64,000 bases of DNA, taken from Marsupella aquatica (Eukaryota; Plantae; Marchantiophyta). Location: contig OZ316894.1 of NCBI GenBank assembly GCA_973895155.1, positions 17,266,563 through 17,330,562 of the forward strand, in the 5' to 3' direction. Every line of letters begins with the position of its first letter. Positions within the stretch are counted from its first letter, which is position 1. Under the pieces are notes generated by a model. The model searched no databases. It was not told where the DNA came from and saw nothing but the letters and a program-made list of their open reading frames with translations. Shown in pieces: positions 1 to 13,084 of the stretch. The position numbers and the translations under genes are program-made.

Positions 1-2454
1 ACTGCCATTCAGCTGGAGCCTGCTTGTATCAATGTTCGGGGCTGAGCTTTCTCGCACACCAAAGTCATCATTCTCAAACCTGATTAAACGACTTCAATCA
101 GAAGAGTATTGGAAGAAGGGGAAACAAATCAAAACATGTGAGGAGGCTATGGCCATAACACACAACTTTGGTAGAGGAAGGGGACGCTTTCACCCTCGTG
201 ATGGCAGACACTATCAGCCACGAGCAAATACAAACTTCCGTCATCCTTGCCCTCGTGCTGATTGTGAACGTGGACACAGACCTGGCAACTGTAACTATTG
301 CAACAAGCCTGGCCATAGGGAAGTAGCTTGTGAATTCAAGAAGATAGAAGAGCAGATTGCTGATCTACAATTTAAAGCTGCATGTATCCAAGCAAACCGC
401 CATTGCCAATTGGTCAATGTGGTGGAAACTAACCCTCCAACTGAAGATGCAGATGCTGAAGATGACGACTTCTGAGACAACTTCTACGCAACCAATGAAG
501 GTGAACCCATTGAGCCAACTTCACCGAAGTGATGGTTGAAAACCATTTTTCAGCAACAATCGAATGTCTTTGTTCCAACCATGGCGAGGCCTACATGTCC
601 ACCAAATTTTTGGAGTTCTACAAGACTCACGGCATCTGAAGACAGCTTACGGTTTCCCACACTCCACACCAGAATGGAGTTGTTGAGCGCGAGAATCAAA
701 CACTCCTTGAGGTTGCCCATAGTTACACTCCTCATCAGTTTCGGCTTGGACTGAGGCCGTTCTTGCTGCCAACTATCTCTAAACTTGGTCTGGGACCAAA
801 GTGTTGTCCCGAACAACTCCCAAGACAACTCCATATCAAGCTCCTCATGGTACAAAGCCAATCTCAATCATCTTTGCATTATTGGCTGTCAAGCTTATGT
901 ACTTATTCCTGCTTCCATGAGGTCTAAACTTGGACCCAATTCAAGGCCATTCCCACTACTCTCTTAGGCTACGTGACAACTCCAAAGCATATTGATGCTT
1001 TGATGTTGCTCATAATCGTGTCATAATCTCCCAGGATGTTACATTGGATAAAAACAAAATCATGGGACTGCTCAACTCTACTCTTGCTCTTGCCTCAGAT
1101 CTCTTTAATTTCCTATTCTCCACTTTGAATCTCCCGCTGCCTACTCTAGACCGCATCCAACATCCTGCTATTCTAGGGCCTGTCGTCCCATAGGGGGAAA
1201 ACATTCCAGCTGCCGACCCTGAAGAAGCCCCATTATCATTGTACCTGTTGCTGACCCTGAACAAGTCCCACTCAATGTTGTGTCTCCTATTGATCTTGGC
1301 ACATTGCATAACAATGTCACTTTTGACCAACTTGTGCTTCCTCCACCTAGACCTGCTGCAGTTGTCATTCTCTTTGACCTCATCGTCCTCCCCCATGGCA
1401 TGCTAACTATGATATGAGCACTCTCTTAGTCGAGTCTCATAAACCGGAATGTGAAAATCTCTCCATCAAATAGGTACTCAACCATCCACGTAGGAAAAAG
1501 GCTATGCTGGAAGAAATTGCCTCCTTCGCCAAGATGGGTACATGGGAGCTGTATATATCTTCCAGCTGGCCGTTGGGCTCTTACGGCAAAATTGGTGTTT
1601 TGGACCAAACCTGACTCCACCAAGTTTCGTCTTAAAGCTAGATTGGTTGCTAGTAAGGGGATTTGAGCAAAAGTATGACATTGATTATAATAAGACTTTT
1701 GCACATGTAGTAAAATGGTCTACTCTGCGCACCATTATTGCCCTAGCAATCTCAAACGGATGGGAACTACATCATATGGATGTAGTTACGTACCGCCTTT
1801 CTCACTGGTACACTCACAAAAAATATTTACATGCAGCAGCCACAGGCCGGGTTTTAAAGTTCCTGGCAAGGAGTCCATGGTCTGCAAGCTTTGAAGGTCT
1901 CTATACGGTCTAAAACAATCTCCTCAGGCCTGGTACAAGGAACTAGATTCACATCTCCAATCCACAGGATGGACTCAAAGCCTGGCCGGCTGAGCCCAAC
2001 CTTTATTTCCTTGATGGCCAGATTATGATTCTTATGCTCAATGTTGATGACTTGCTAATCACTGGAAGTAATCTTGACCAAATTGCACAGTCAAGGCTCA
2101 TCTCCAACAGCATTATCACATGAAGGATCTTGGTCTGGCTAAAAAATACCTTGGTATTGAGTTCTACCACACTTTGACAGGTCTTATTCTACACCAAACG
2201 TCTTATTGTGAAGCACTGGTTCATGAATTTGGTATGAATGACTCCCAAACTGAGTACGTTCCAATTCCCGAGGGGCACATTCTCACAAGCCAAACTGATA
2301 CACCTCCTATTGACGTGACTGAATACTATCATGCAGTCGGCAAGCTAATCTTCCTTACACATACACGCCCAGATATTGCAACATTGTGGGTACATCGTGA
2401 GTCGATACATGTCTAATCCACAAAAATGCCACTGAGAGTCTGTGAAGGATATTA

Positions 2455-2742
2455 TGTTGGAATATCTCATGTCCAGCTCTCATCATTGTTGGACCTGTCA
2501 TCTTGCATCCTTGTATCATGCTGGCAGCTTTGCGTTAATCTAGGAGTAGATCAGTGTACATTAATTAGCAAAAGCACTTAGCACCAGCCTGTAGTTCTAT
2601 GTCCTTTGCGTTTACTTATTGTGTGACTCTAAGCGAGTCACGTAATCCTCTTATCCCGGCTCCACGGGTGATTCATTTTGTACTTAACGCCTCTCAACTG
2701 AGGCAGTAATCAGAGTTTCAATATTACTTTGAACTTTCTTCA
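2455..2742. mobile_element. Solo LTR (288 bp) nested in the copia RT
   Basis: Starts TGTTGG and ends TTCA. Flanks are TATTA (2450-2454) and TATTC (2743-2747), a 5-bp TSD with 1 mismatch. Removing it rejoins the copia sequence ...VKDILHYLKGT. Confidence 0.75.
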
Positions 2743-3021
2743 TATTCTACATTACTTAAAGGGTACCAAAGATTTTGGTATTCATTTTCAGTGTTCCACC
2801 AAAACACTTCTCCAAGGATTCACTGACGCCGACTTCCTTGGTTGTAGTGATACACGTGGTTCCAGAGGTGCATATATACTTAATTCAACTCTCCATTGGT
2901 CCTATTTCCTGGTCCAACAAGCTCCAACTACCGCTTCTGATAGCACCACGGAGGCCGAGTACAAAGCGCTCTCTGAAGGAGCCAAGGAAGTAGTACATCT
3001 ACGTCGGCTACTCCTGGAACG

Positions 3022-3368
3022 TGTTGGAACTTACTGATTACTCGCAAGTTAGGTAGCGATAGAACAAGTAAGCATGTGATTTAGATTAGCTATAGATCAG
3101 ATTAGGATTAGACACAAATCTCATAGATAAGACATAATTTGTTGTGCATACTTTATGGTAGCCTGTTTAGCTGTTAGATCTTAGGAGAATTTGGAGATCC
3201 TTTGATCCTCCACCAAGTGTGGTTCTCTCCAACCCTACATATTTTGCCCACTATGATGTTCTCAATATAGTTCTCTTAAGTTAGAGATTGTCTCCAACTC
3301 CAACAATTAGTGCATCGAAGACGCTGGAATTCCAGTGAGCTCATTTTGAATGAATAATTTCCTTAACA
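3022..3368. mobile_element. Probable solo LTR interrupting the copia RNase H
   Basis: TGTT...AACA termini. The copia reading stops at its left edge and RNase H-like sequence (VPDSLPLF/CD) resumes after it. No clean TSD. Confidence 0.45.
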
Positions 3369-4052
3369 GTGTACCTGATTCGCTGCCACTCTTCCTGTGA
3401 CCAGTATTGATGCCCGAGTAATAAGATAGTTTTGGCCAAGCTCATAGTTGATTTCAGGTATTGGCAGAATTAATAGTTGATTTGAAGTGAACTAAGAATT
3501 GACCGATTTGATTCCTTGGTTGGCTCAGTTTCAGTGACTGGGATCTAAAAGCAGGTGTTCACTCTCCCTATTGACGCGCCCCAACGAGGTGACCTGATGG
3601 GAACTCTGAGCACCCATAATTGAGTCGTCTGTAGGCCACAACTGCCCCTCATAATGCCCTTGGATTTGATCCTATCCATGACGTTTGTCCAGTATCTTGT
3701 TTTGTACAAACTTGGGGTTTTCACTTCCACAAAAATAACACATCACGTGCGACAAAGTATAGGGTCATTTTATTGGTTCAAAACAAAAACTTAAGAATTT
3801 TCTGAGAAAAACAATAGTGTTTTCTAAATCAAATTTTGAGACTTATAATAACATTAGGCTCCTTATAACCAAATTTTTTGGAATATTCCAAGAATATTCC
3901 AACTTTATAGGGGTTGAAAAATACTTTTTTTCTTACATTTTAGGGGGTCCGAGGCCTAAAAACGTCGCAGGTGATGGGGAGGCATCCATATAGTGAGACC
4001 CCCGAGTGTACAAACAGCGAGACCTCTACTTCTTCCCATCATGGACCTCCCG

Positions 4053-4184
4053 ATGGACCTTCTGTATTCCATGAAAATGATGGAAAGGTTTGCCATGAGC
4101 TAGCGCTAGACTTTTCCCATTATGGACCTTCTGTATTCCATGAAAATGATGGAAGGGTTGGCCACAAGCTATCCCTAGACTTTA
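4053..4184. repeat. Tandem duplication, 69-bp period, ~2 copies
   Basis: ATGGACCTTCTGTATTCCATGAAAATGATGGAA at 4053 and 4122. Confidence 0.8.
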
Positions 4185-5460
4185 GCTTGAAGGAGCTTCA
4201 GGTCCCGATCCAAAGTGGACATTGAAATAAATAGTTGGCTCCAGACCAGACAACAATGCGAAACATCAGAGCACTTAATCTCACATTACATTAACATGAC
4301 ATCACGATGAAGAAACTCCTGAATGATCCATAGCTCATGAGAATGTACATGTGAAGAATGAACCTATTCCCCCAAAAGAGTCGAGATGAGTGGGTCTAAT
4401 CTAAGCAAATCTTATCATAATGTAATTTGGGTTAACTAACACTAGTAGCCCAAACTAACTAAAGTCGGGATCTAGAGTCAATTCCTAATAGACGTTTAGA
4501 CTTGAAGAGGACTCCAGTGCTACTCTATTCCCTTTCCTCTCATACAAAATGGCATCACTTGAACCACATTACTGTAGGGACGACCAGGTTCATAATAGTT
4601 TCTCTAGATTGCAGTTTTCCTTTAAAATAATATCTACACATTGATAGTACACTGTTTGCGTCACTTGAGAGTCCCCGTGGTATTCTATGAAGACTACTTC
4701 TTCCCCCAAACAAAGAGTCATGGCCTTGTATTGAATAGTGGGCCATGGGGTGCTCTATTCAAATAGTACATCTGGGGCGTTGTATATGACTATGTGTTTT
4801 CATTTTTTGTAATTGGAGACATTATGTTTGAAAATGGGCTTAGGCTTTGTGTTTGAGTCTCAACATTGTCATATGATTCATGAATTTTTTAACATTTGTA
4901 CAAAACAATTTAGGGTCAAAATTCAAGCACATCTTCCAACTTGAACACAATGCCAATGTTCAAACATAAAGCCCGGCAACCCGCCCGGCAAGTAATCCCC
5001 ACAATCAAAAATGAACAACAATCCCAAGATCCCACTAAGTGACCAAGAAAACTAACACCCTATAGGGCATAGAACTGAAAACCCTGGTAGAGCTCCGGAA
5101 TAAACCACATAAGAGGTTCACAAAGTGATTGGGCAGCTCACACGTCTTTCCTTAGCAGATTTGTGGAGATTTGAGGAGAATGTTTTACCCACAATTAGGG
5201 TCAAGTAAGGGTGGATTGTTTGAAGACCTTTCACATGCAAGACAGCCCTTATGAGCACCTCCAGCGGTTTAGGGGGTCAATGACCTTTAAACTCAAAACA
5301 TAGCCCATCATTTGGGGGCTTGTTAGAAATTTGAAAAGCCCTCCTACTAAATTCAGTCACCACGGTTTCCCCATTCTTTGACCTCTATCCCTCCAAAATT
5401 ATGGGGTGTCATCTAGATTCAAAATCTCAAGCATATCCAGGATGTGGTGGCATGAGGTGG

Positions 5461-5811
5461 AATCTCCACCATAGATGGGGATAGAGAAGGTCATAATAGA
5501 GGTCTCTCTCTCCTGGGTGCCATTTCTATCAAATATGGAGGTCATGGGTTCTGAAAATGGAAACTGGCTGCCATTTGTTTAGAGATAGGGATCTCCCACA
5601 TAGATGGGAATAGAGAAGGTCATGATAGAGGTCTCTCTCTCCTGGCTGCCATTTCTACCAAATATGGAGGCCACCCATTCTCAAATGGAGACTGGCTACC
5701 ATTTGTTTAGAGATAGGGGCCACCATGGGGAAGTCATCCCTCCAAAATAAACCCCTATATGGTGCATTTGACCTTAGGACCAGAGATGCTCTTAGAAGCC
5801 CTATTATTAAG

Positions 5812-5849
<38 letters not shown>

Positions 5850-6010
5850 TGCCATTTGGTTCTACCAAAAATGGAGGTCACCGGTTCTGAAAATGGTGCC
5901 ATTTGTTTAGAGATAGGGGCCACCATAGGGAAGTCATCCCTCCAAAATCAACCCCTATATGGTGCATTCACCTTGAGGCCGGAGATGCTCATAGAAGCCC
6001 TATTAGTATT
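5461..6010. repeat. Compound diverged tandem repeats (~130-210 bp units) with a (CT)n tract upstream of the NCL gene
   Basis: Recurrent blocks ATAGAGAAGGTCAT..TAGAGGTCTCTCTCT, CCATTTGTTTAGAGATAGGG (x3) and GGGAAGTCATCCCTCCAAAAT..ACCCCTATATGGTGCATT (x2). (CT)n at ~5815-5846. Confidence 0.75.
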
Positions 6011-6382
6011 ATTATGCCCTTTAGATGCTCTATCATAGTGTTGTTGGTTCACCGTTCCTGAGATGATGAAGTACAGTAGACAGACAGACAGACAGACCGA
6101 CCGACAGAGAGAGAGGTAGATAGATAAGCCCCGTCAGGTCCAAATCCAAAGCGAAGGTGCTGACTGGAGGAGGACGATCGAATCGTCTTTCCTCCTCCTC
6201 TGCTTTTCTTTCGTAAAAAAGCACGGGAACCGCACTACAGTAAGTTGCTCTAATCGATCAATCAATCAGTAAAGTATAGAGCTCTGTGTCGCATCCCTCG
6301 TCGACCTGCTTCCTTTCGAAGCTGCGCGCCCCGGAGGCGGTGCGGTGCGGTCGATCGATCGTTTCTTCCTTCCTTCCTCTCC

Positions 6383-8335
6383 ATGGCGCACAGAAAAGAC
6401 ATGTCGATCGGTATCCTGCTCTGCTGCTCCTGGGCCCGTGCGCTTTTCCTGCTGTCTCTCGTAGTCTCGTCATCTTGCTCCGTTGTGCGATCATCCAACC
6501 CGATCCGGTCGACCGAGGTCGATCCAGCTGCAGCGCAGGTGTTTCATTCGAAATGGGAGTACCTGAGGCAGGCGACGACCTCGCCCTCGACCTCGCTGCT
6601 CCGGAGGGCGGTTCCGGGAGATGGAGATGGAGATAGGCAAGGACTTGGAGCGGAAGAGCTCGAGATTTGCGAGGAGGTGTACGGGTTCTTCCCGTGCTCG
6701 ACGACCATCGGCGGAAACCTGTTTCTTTTGATCGTGTATGGCTTTCTGCTGCTCAAGTCCGCGCAGTTTCTGTCCTCCGGGAGCGAGCTGCTGCTCACCG
6801 TTTTGAATCCGGGCCTAATTGGAGGACTTCTGCTCCCCATTCTCGGCGCATTGCCCGATGCGTTGCTCATCCTCGTCTCCGGGCTCTCGGCCAGCGCGGC
6901 CGATGCGCAATCGGAGGTGCTGGTCGGCATGGGGCTCCTCGCGGGGTCCAACATCATGCTGCTCACGGCCCTGTGGGGAGGGTGTCTCTTGTTGGGGCGC
7001 TGTGACCTAGTTCGTCAGAGACGGGGGGCGCTCGTGGCGAAGGAGAAAACGTTGACGAATCCATGGAGCCTGAAGGGAACTGGAGTGACGACGGATCAAC
7101 AAACGCGAGTGGCTTCGTGGATAATGGTTGCCACGGTCCTGCCTTACTTGGTGGCACAGGCGCCTGTGGTGTTCGGGTGGTCGGACAAAATAGGGTCAAT
7201 GTTTGTGTTGGCCGGTTGTGCGATATCTGTGATTGGTCTTGCAAGCTACTGTACGTATCAGGTTACCTTTCCGTGGATTCAGCAGCGTTGGATTTACAGA
7301 GCGAAGGAGAAAGTGCGACAGTCTCTTGCTCTGCACAAGTTTTCTCAGTTTTCCGCAGAACAATCGTGGGGAAGCCTACTTGACAGCGATGGTGTTACCC
7401 CGAACAGGGCGGTTCTTCGTAGGATTCATGCTCACTTCGATCAGAATTCGGACAGGGCTCTGTCAGAGGCTGAGATGAAAGGGCTGATAATTGGCCTCGA
7501 GATCCAGCACGAAGGGAAAGTCCCAGACCAAGCCGAGGTTGGCGACTGGTTCGCGGATTTTGACTTTTCTAATGACCGACAAATATCTGAGGATGAATTT
7601 GTGGAAGGCATGTCAAAGTGGGTGCGCTCCTTTGTTGAGAAAGCTCCCACAAGGAGTGCTAAAACTAAGCGCGGAGGAGGAGCTGACGAAACCGGACGGA
7701 GTGCTTCCAGTGCCATGTATGACACCGGCCCACATATCTTCTGGAGGAACCACTTGGATCGAGCTCAGTCATCTCTGTCAACTTTACTTGAAGATCAAGT
7801 CGATGAGGATGAGGATGAGGATGATGAGAATGAGCAGGTTCCACCCACAAAGACGCAGGTTATCGTTACCGCCGTCGGTTATTTAGCTCTGGGTGCATTT
7901 GTTGCAGGAGTTGTAGCTGACCCATTGGTGGACGCCATTGGAAACTTTTCGACTGTGACTGGCATTTCTCCATTCTTCATCTCCTTTGTTGCAACTCCTT
8001 TGGCAACCAACTCCAGCGAGGCAATCTCATCCTTGATGTTTGCTAGGCGAAAGAGGAAGACCAACATCTCCATGACATACTCCCAAATCTATGGTGGCGT
8101 GACAATGAACAATACATTGTGCCTAGCTATTTTTCTCGCCATCGTGTACATTAGAGGTTTGGTCTGGGACTTCTCCTCGGAGGTACTAGTTATTTTGGTG
8201 GCCACGGTTGTCATAGGTGCTCTGGCTTCTGTGCGGGTCACTTTCCCTTCCTGGATGGCTATTGTTGCTTTGATTCTTTACCCATTCTCTATAGCACTAG
8301 TTGCAGTCCTCGACTATGTCTATGGATGGGAATGA
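6383..8335 (+). CDS. NCL: EF-hand-containing sodium/calcium exchanger-like protein (NCL / EF-CAX family), intronless, ~650 aa
   Basis: Signal-like N-terminus; CEEVYGFFPCSTTIGGNLFL; alpha-1 repeat GGLLLPILGALPDA; VGMGLLAGS; EF-hands FDQNSDRALSEAE and FDFSNDRQISEDEF; acidic tract; alpha-2 repeat ISFVATPLATNSSEAIS; YSQIYGGVTMNNTLCL. These match plant NCL motifs. The start may instead be the ATG at 6401. Confidence 0.92.
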   Translation: MAHRKDMSIGILLCCSWARALFLLSLVVSSSCSVVRSSNPIRSTEVDPAAAQVFHSKWEYLRQATTSPSTSLLRRAVPGDGDGDRQGLGAEELEICEEVYGFFPCSTTIGGNLFLLIVYGFLLLKSAQFLSSGSELLLTVLNPGLIGGLLLPILGALPDALLILVSGLSASAADAQSEVLVGMGLLAGSNIMLLTALWGGCLLLGRCDLVRQRRGALVAKEKTLTNPWSLKGTGVTTDQQTRVASWIMVATVLPYLVAQAPVVFGWSDKIGSMFVLAGCAISVIGLASYCTYQVTFPWIQQRWIYRAKEKVRQSLALHKFSQFSAEQSWGSLLDSDGVTPNRAVLRRIHAHFDQNSDRALSEAEMKGLIIGLEIQHEGKVPDQAEVGDWFADFDFSNDRQISEDEFVEGMSKWVRSFVEKAPTRSAKTKRGGGADETGRSASSAMYDTGPHIFWRNHLDRAQSSLSTLLEDQVDEDEDEDDENEQVPPTKTQVIVTAVGYLALGAFVAGVVADPLVDAIGNFSTVTGISPFFISFVATPLATNSSEAISSLMFARRKRKTNISMTYSQIYGGVTMNNTLCLAIFLAIVYIRGLVWDFSSEVLVILVATVVIGALASVRVTFPSWMAIVALILYPFSIALVAVLDYVYGWE

Positions 8336-10400
8336 GGGCGATTATTTTAAATAGTTAAGAGCTACTGCAGGGGAGTACATATCTACATAGAAGGAGACAA
8401 CTTCGAGGGGCAATCAATGGCATAAATTATTTGCCTTCACGGTCTGTGTCAAATGGCAATTTTTGTTTTTCACTGCATCGGAGTTTGTTTGAGTAGACAA
8501 GGGAACTGGCGAGCCAGAGGAAGACAACACGCTGAGGATTATTGGACTTGGGCAGGTAAACACAGCCAAAGAACAAATGCAGAGAAAATTACTCTTGCGG
8601 GTGGTCTACCCAAACGGTCTGTAGAACCCAGACGAAGATTTCAAGAGCAGGGTCCCGGCAAGGAGAGTTTGCACTCGGTGACAGGATTTTGGCCTTCAAA
8701 TGTTCCCCTCTCACTCCCTTACTGGAGATATCGGTGGATTCTTTGAAGTTACTGCAGGTTGGAGGTTGGGCTGACCGACGTTGGACAGACTCGTTGAGGT
8801 TTTCTGAATTCAACAATGATTTCAAAATTTCGTGGCTCTCGAGTCATGATCTTCGTTTCTGTGGGAGCATGAGGACATGTGCCGAGTGCAATGAATAACA
8901 TAATTGTTGGAATAGGGAAGTGGTTGAAATTCCACCCCTGGCAGTGCAAATTTTGCCCTATTGTCCCCGTTTATCAACCTTGGATTAAACAAAAGGCAGT
9001 CGTCGGAGTTTTAACCTGATTTAGGGATCGTTCTAGCGTCGTCTCAGTCACAGGTACAATCAGGTTGACTCTGGTGGGATGACGACCGTCAAAGGACAAG
9101 TTTGGCAGTGTCTTGTTGGGGACATCCAAAGTAATACTGATGTAGGTCAACCTACTTTATGATCAATTGAGTTTTGCCGATTAAGGTGAGTTGCACGATT
9201 AGGGCAGTCCGTGGTTTCTTCAGATGAATTAGCACGCAAGAGGTTTATGACGTTTTTTTCTGTTCGTGACAAGAATTCTTCATGACTGGCTACTTACCAC
9301 AGGATTGAAATAGGCGTGAACTACAAATCAAGTTGAAGTTAGTAGTAGAACTCTAAATTTTGGTAAATATAGGTGCGGAAATTCTAGACAACGAGAAACG
9401 GCGAGAGGGTCAAACAAAGGAGAACGAGAGGTAGGAGTCCCACATTCCGAGCTAGAGAATCATCATCACTTTAGGTAGGGCTCGTTGTCAACCGACAATT
9501 TCAAGGTGAAGAGTGAGCTCTGATGTGAAGGAAATTTGTTAAACAATACATCAACTTAGACAAGTACCAATTAATGGCGTGTGCAAGAGAGTTGGGTCAT
9601 GGGTGCAATGACTACTCGGGAATTCCTGTCTTTGAAAGTGATACACAGCTCATGCTGATTGAATCATTTCCCGTACTGTTCACAAGGAGGTGTAAACAAC
9701 AGCTTGTGTACTTCACGAGTCGCTGCCACTGCATGTGACCAATATTAATGAGTTGTTTCGAAGAATCGTCGTTGCACCCCATCCGGACAATTGATAAAAC
9801 AAACTTCATCAATCGTTGCTACACTTCATCGTCGTAAGTTATGAACAACGGCTGAAGAAACCTGTGATTAATTCATTTTGGACAACAACTTACTGCTGCT
9901 GGACTGAGCAGACGCCCAAACTCCATCCGAGCAATCGCTGCTTCTCTTGATCTGACAATCGCAGCTTACTATCATCTCAGCAATCTCTTTTACACTTAAT
10001 CTGGCTTTTCTCTCGCAGACTTCACCCGAAACCATGTGAATGGCTCGCAATCGTTCAATAAGGGAGAAATGTTCCCACCTGATCCAAAGTATCCGTTTCA
10101 ACAATGGGTTTTTGCTTTGTACATTGTTTAGACAGCTGCTTGTCCAATGGACGACCCCAAGACTTAGCAAAGAACTCCGTAGACATATGACGTAGGAGCA
10201 ATTTTGTTGTAGTTCTTCATTTTCAATAGTATTGTGTAATAGAGTTCTACGGCATGAATGGGGTGACATGCAATGGTGATCATTGCTGTTAAGCCCAAAC
10301 AATGAGAAACCATAAATTTTCGCACCAACACAGATTGACTCACGGGACTCTTGTTGAGATCGTAGGACAGTGCTCAAACCTCAAAGTTGTCTCATTCTTT

Positions 10401-10605
10401 AAGTTGTCTCATTCTGCTCCAGCAGAGTTGCTAGTGACTTACAGCTCATTGTCGAAATTGTCTCATTCTGCTCCAACAGAATTGCTAGTGACTTAGAGCG
10501 CAGCACGTTTCAAAGGTCTTCTGGAAGTTGAAATTGTCTCATTCTGCTCCAAACAGAATTGCTAGCGACTTAGAGCAAAGCACATTCCAAAGGTCTTCTG
10601 GGAGT
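10401..10605. repeat. Tandem repeat, three ~53-76 bp units
   Basis: TTGTCTCATTCTGCTCCA.CAGA.TTGCTAG.GACTT occurs three times. Confidence 0.8.
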
Positions 10606-11320
10606 TTCAGCCCCTCTTCAAATTTTTTAGTAGTTCATCTGAGAGAATGCTTACACACCCCTGATTTGTGCCTAGAGACTCACCAGGACTTGGCCACATT
10701 CAAAACAGCTTCCATCCATTGTGCAGGCCCTTTGAATTGTGACAGTAGTGAGAAGAGAGTCCGGTTGACATGCCAACCAAGGGCAGTTGATTGAATGATA
10801 GAGCAGGGCAGTTGGTCTAAGTCTATCTTTGATTAATGGGCTAAGGTATCCTGCCTTCTTGTTTCTGGAAGAACAAGCACAGAGTGTACCAAAACCCTGG
10901 GGATTCCTGAGCACTCATGGGGATTGATCCAAGAAAAGGAGAGAATGCTCCAAACTAAGAGCAAACTGTTCAAAGCTCTCATCAAAGAGCCAAGCAAGCT
11001 ATTTCTCCAGGCCCACCACTCCTGGTATGTCTTGGTGGGCCAAGTGGCCCTCTCTCCACCTGGTAATATTTATCTGGATGTCTTTGGGGACCCTCCTCCC
11101 TGGTACAAGTGATCCCTCTCCAGCTCTAAAACAACACAACCCAATTCCTCCCATTGTTTCCCTCGAGACTCCAATCACTCCCATTACTTCTGTGGAGACC
11201 GTCCCTCCCCTATTGACAAGCAATTCCCCCTTACGTGTTCGCCAAATTCCTACTCCTCGGTTCACAAGCAATTTACCTTTCCCTCCTCAGTTCAAAAGTG
11301 ATTGCGATCCACCTCCAAGG

Positions 11321-11663
11321 TGTTAGGTATTTACTCTTACGTCTAGGGTTACGACATGTAACCGTAGTTAGGCTAACCATAGTCGAAGACATGGTTAGGT
11401 TAACTAGGATGCACACTATATGCCAAGCGGTGTTTGCTTGGATAAGTGGAACTAAGGCTCATTGTTACGGAGCCACTTGAGAGATGAGGAGAGCTTGCAC
11501 TGTGCAGTCTATCATGGTCGACGGGCTTAGAGTTCAGTAAAACTCTCTTGTGTGTTCCCGTGGACAGACCCTCGAGGAGGTGAACCGAGTATCTCTTGTG
11601 TCGACTACTTGCACGTTGGATGTGTCATGGGCTTATCGTTGCAATTGTTGTTTATGCTCAACA
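11321..11663. mobile_element. Solo LTR (343 bp), family A copy 1
   Basis: TGTTAG...CTCAACA termini. Perfect 5-bp TSD CAAGG (11316-11320 / 11664-11668). Homologous to 27597-27941. Confidence 0.88.
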
Positions 11664-13084
11664 CAAGGGTTCAGAGTTACCATTGCGATTGTTGTCTATG
11701 CTCAACACAAGATTGAGGCTAATCAATGCGATTAGCCGTACAACGCTGCCTGATCCCCACTTTTTGTGACGCTGGTATTAGGTTAAATACTGGGCGCAAA
11801 TCCCTTTGGTGAATGGATCACATCACAGTGTGCCAAGATCAGTCTGTGCCTAAACGGGTTGGGGAGAATGCACCTTCCACTCTACCAACGTTGCTAGTCG
11901 TAGCCACCAAGGCACCCCCCAATATCATGCCTGGGTTTGGAAGAGAGTAGAGTCTTGGGGGATTTGACATAGGGCCCACATTGTCTCACCAAGTGGCAGG
12001 ATTTTGACATTGGGGTGACATTGTCTCACCAGGACACACATAGAGGTATGTCCCTGGAAGCATGAATGACAACAATAAAATCCAAGGGCAATTCTAAGAT
12101 TCTAGAATTATAACTTCTAAACTTTTATAACCATGCAGCCTCTTGTTGAGGTTGATTTTCAACCATCTTGTTGAGGAGCTTGATAAGTGATTCAGCTCTG
12201 ATATCTGTAATCTTCATTTCATTTAGTCCTCTCCCACGCAAACATTCCAAGTATTTCTTCTTGATATGACTCACCGGCCAGCGCCAATAGGCTGCCCCAA
12301 GCAGCCAAATTTCAAAATGGGGCAGCAGAATTCACTGGCCAACTGCCCGTGAAGGCAACAAACATAATAGAGGAGTTGACCAAGGCTGCCCCAACCAACC
12401 CCATAGTTCAAACATTTTATCAACACCATCAGATTTTCCAATGCAAAGACCACTTGTATGCAACAACCTTGGACAACAGAGCCTCTCAAACATTCTACCA
12501 ACACCATCAACTTTCCACTATTTTTTCTGACCATTGGATCTGGCATTGGATGTGGCAACTAAAGCCTTGGAAAAGGGAGCCTCTCTCACATTTATCAACA
12601 CCATCAGATTTCTCACTATTTGGGGAAGACTATTGGATGTGGCAACTAAGCCCTTGGAGAAGGCAACAAATGTGTTTAATTTGATCTTCCTGTTTGTTTT
12701 CTCTCTTTAAACCGCCACTAGCCATGACAAAAGTTGGATCAACCAGGTTTCACCAATAACGGTGATTTTCCCCTGAAATTGTGGAGCAAACTAGCTCGGT
12801 AGAGGAAGGGAGTGAGTGGAATGTGAAAAGTGAAGGGATGTCCTGCACACTTCCCTCTTATACATGGCCACTGGCTGTAGAGGAGGGAAGGGAGTGGAAT
12901 GTGTCTCCAAATAGGGGTGAAAGAAAATAATATTTGGATGAGTTGTGATCGATAAATCAATGTTTCACTTTTCTATTTAATTTACACATATTTAAAACAA
13001 TGACAAATAGAAAGAAACTATTCAACTACTCTAATATTTACCAATAATAAACCCAAAAAACTTTACAACTTCTCTAACATTACC

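Larger units (their letters stand above)
1..3405 (+). mobile_element. Degenerate Ty1/copia LTR retrotransposon internal region (gag zinc knuckle, integrase remnant, RT, RNase H)
   Basis: Gag knuckle CNYCNKPGHREVAC (ORF 32..475). Copia RT motifs KARLVA.G, IDYNKTFA.VVKWSTLR, WELHHMDV, LYGLKQSP.AW, MKDLGLAKKYLGIEF, VGKLIFLTHTRPDIA. RNase H motifs GFTDADF and STTEAEYKAL. Many frameshifts and stops. Confidence 0.9.

Noticed and set aside
4843-4973. Small MITE (GGCTTTGTGTTTGA / TCAAACATAAAGCC)
   Set aside because: Only a 14-bp imperfect inverted repeat, with no TSD and no second copy in the window.
8453-10377. ORFs downstream of NCL as a further gene
   Set aside because: Short and interrupted, with no recognisable motifs or consistent splice model. 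A decayed gene cannot be excluded without a search.
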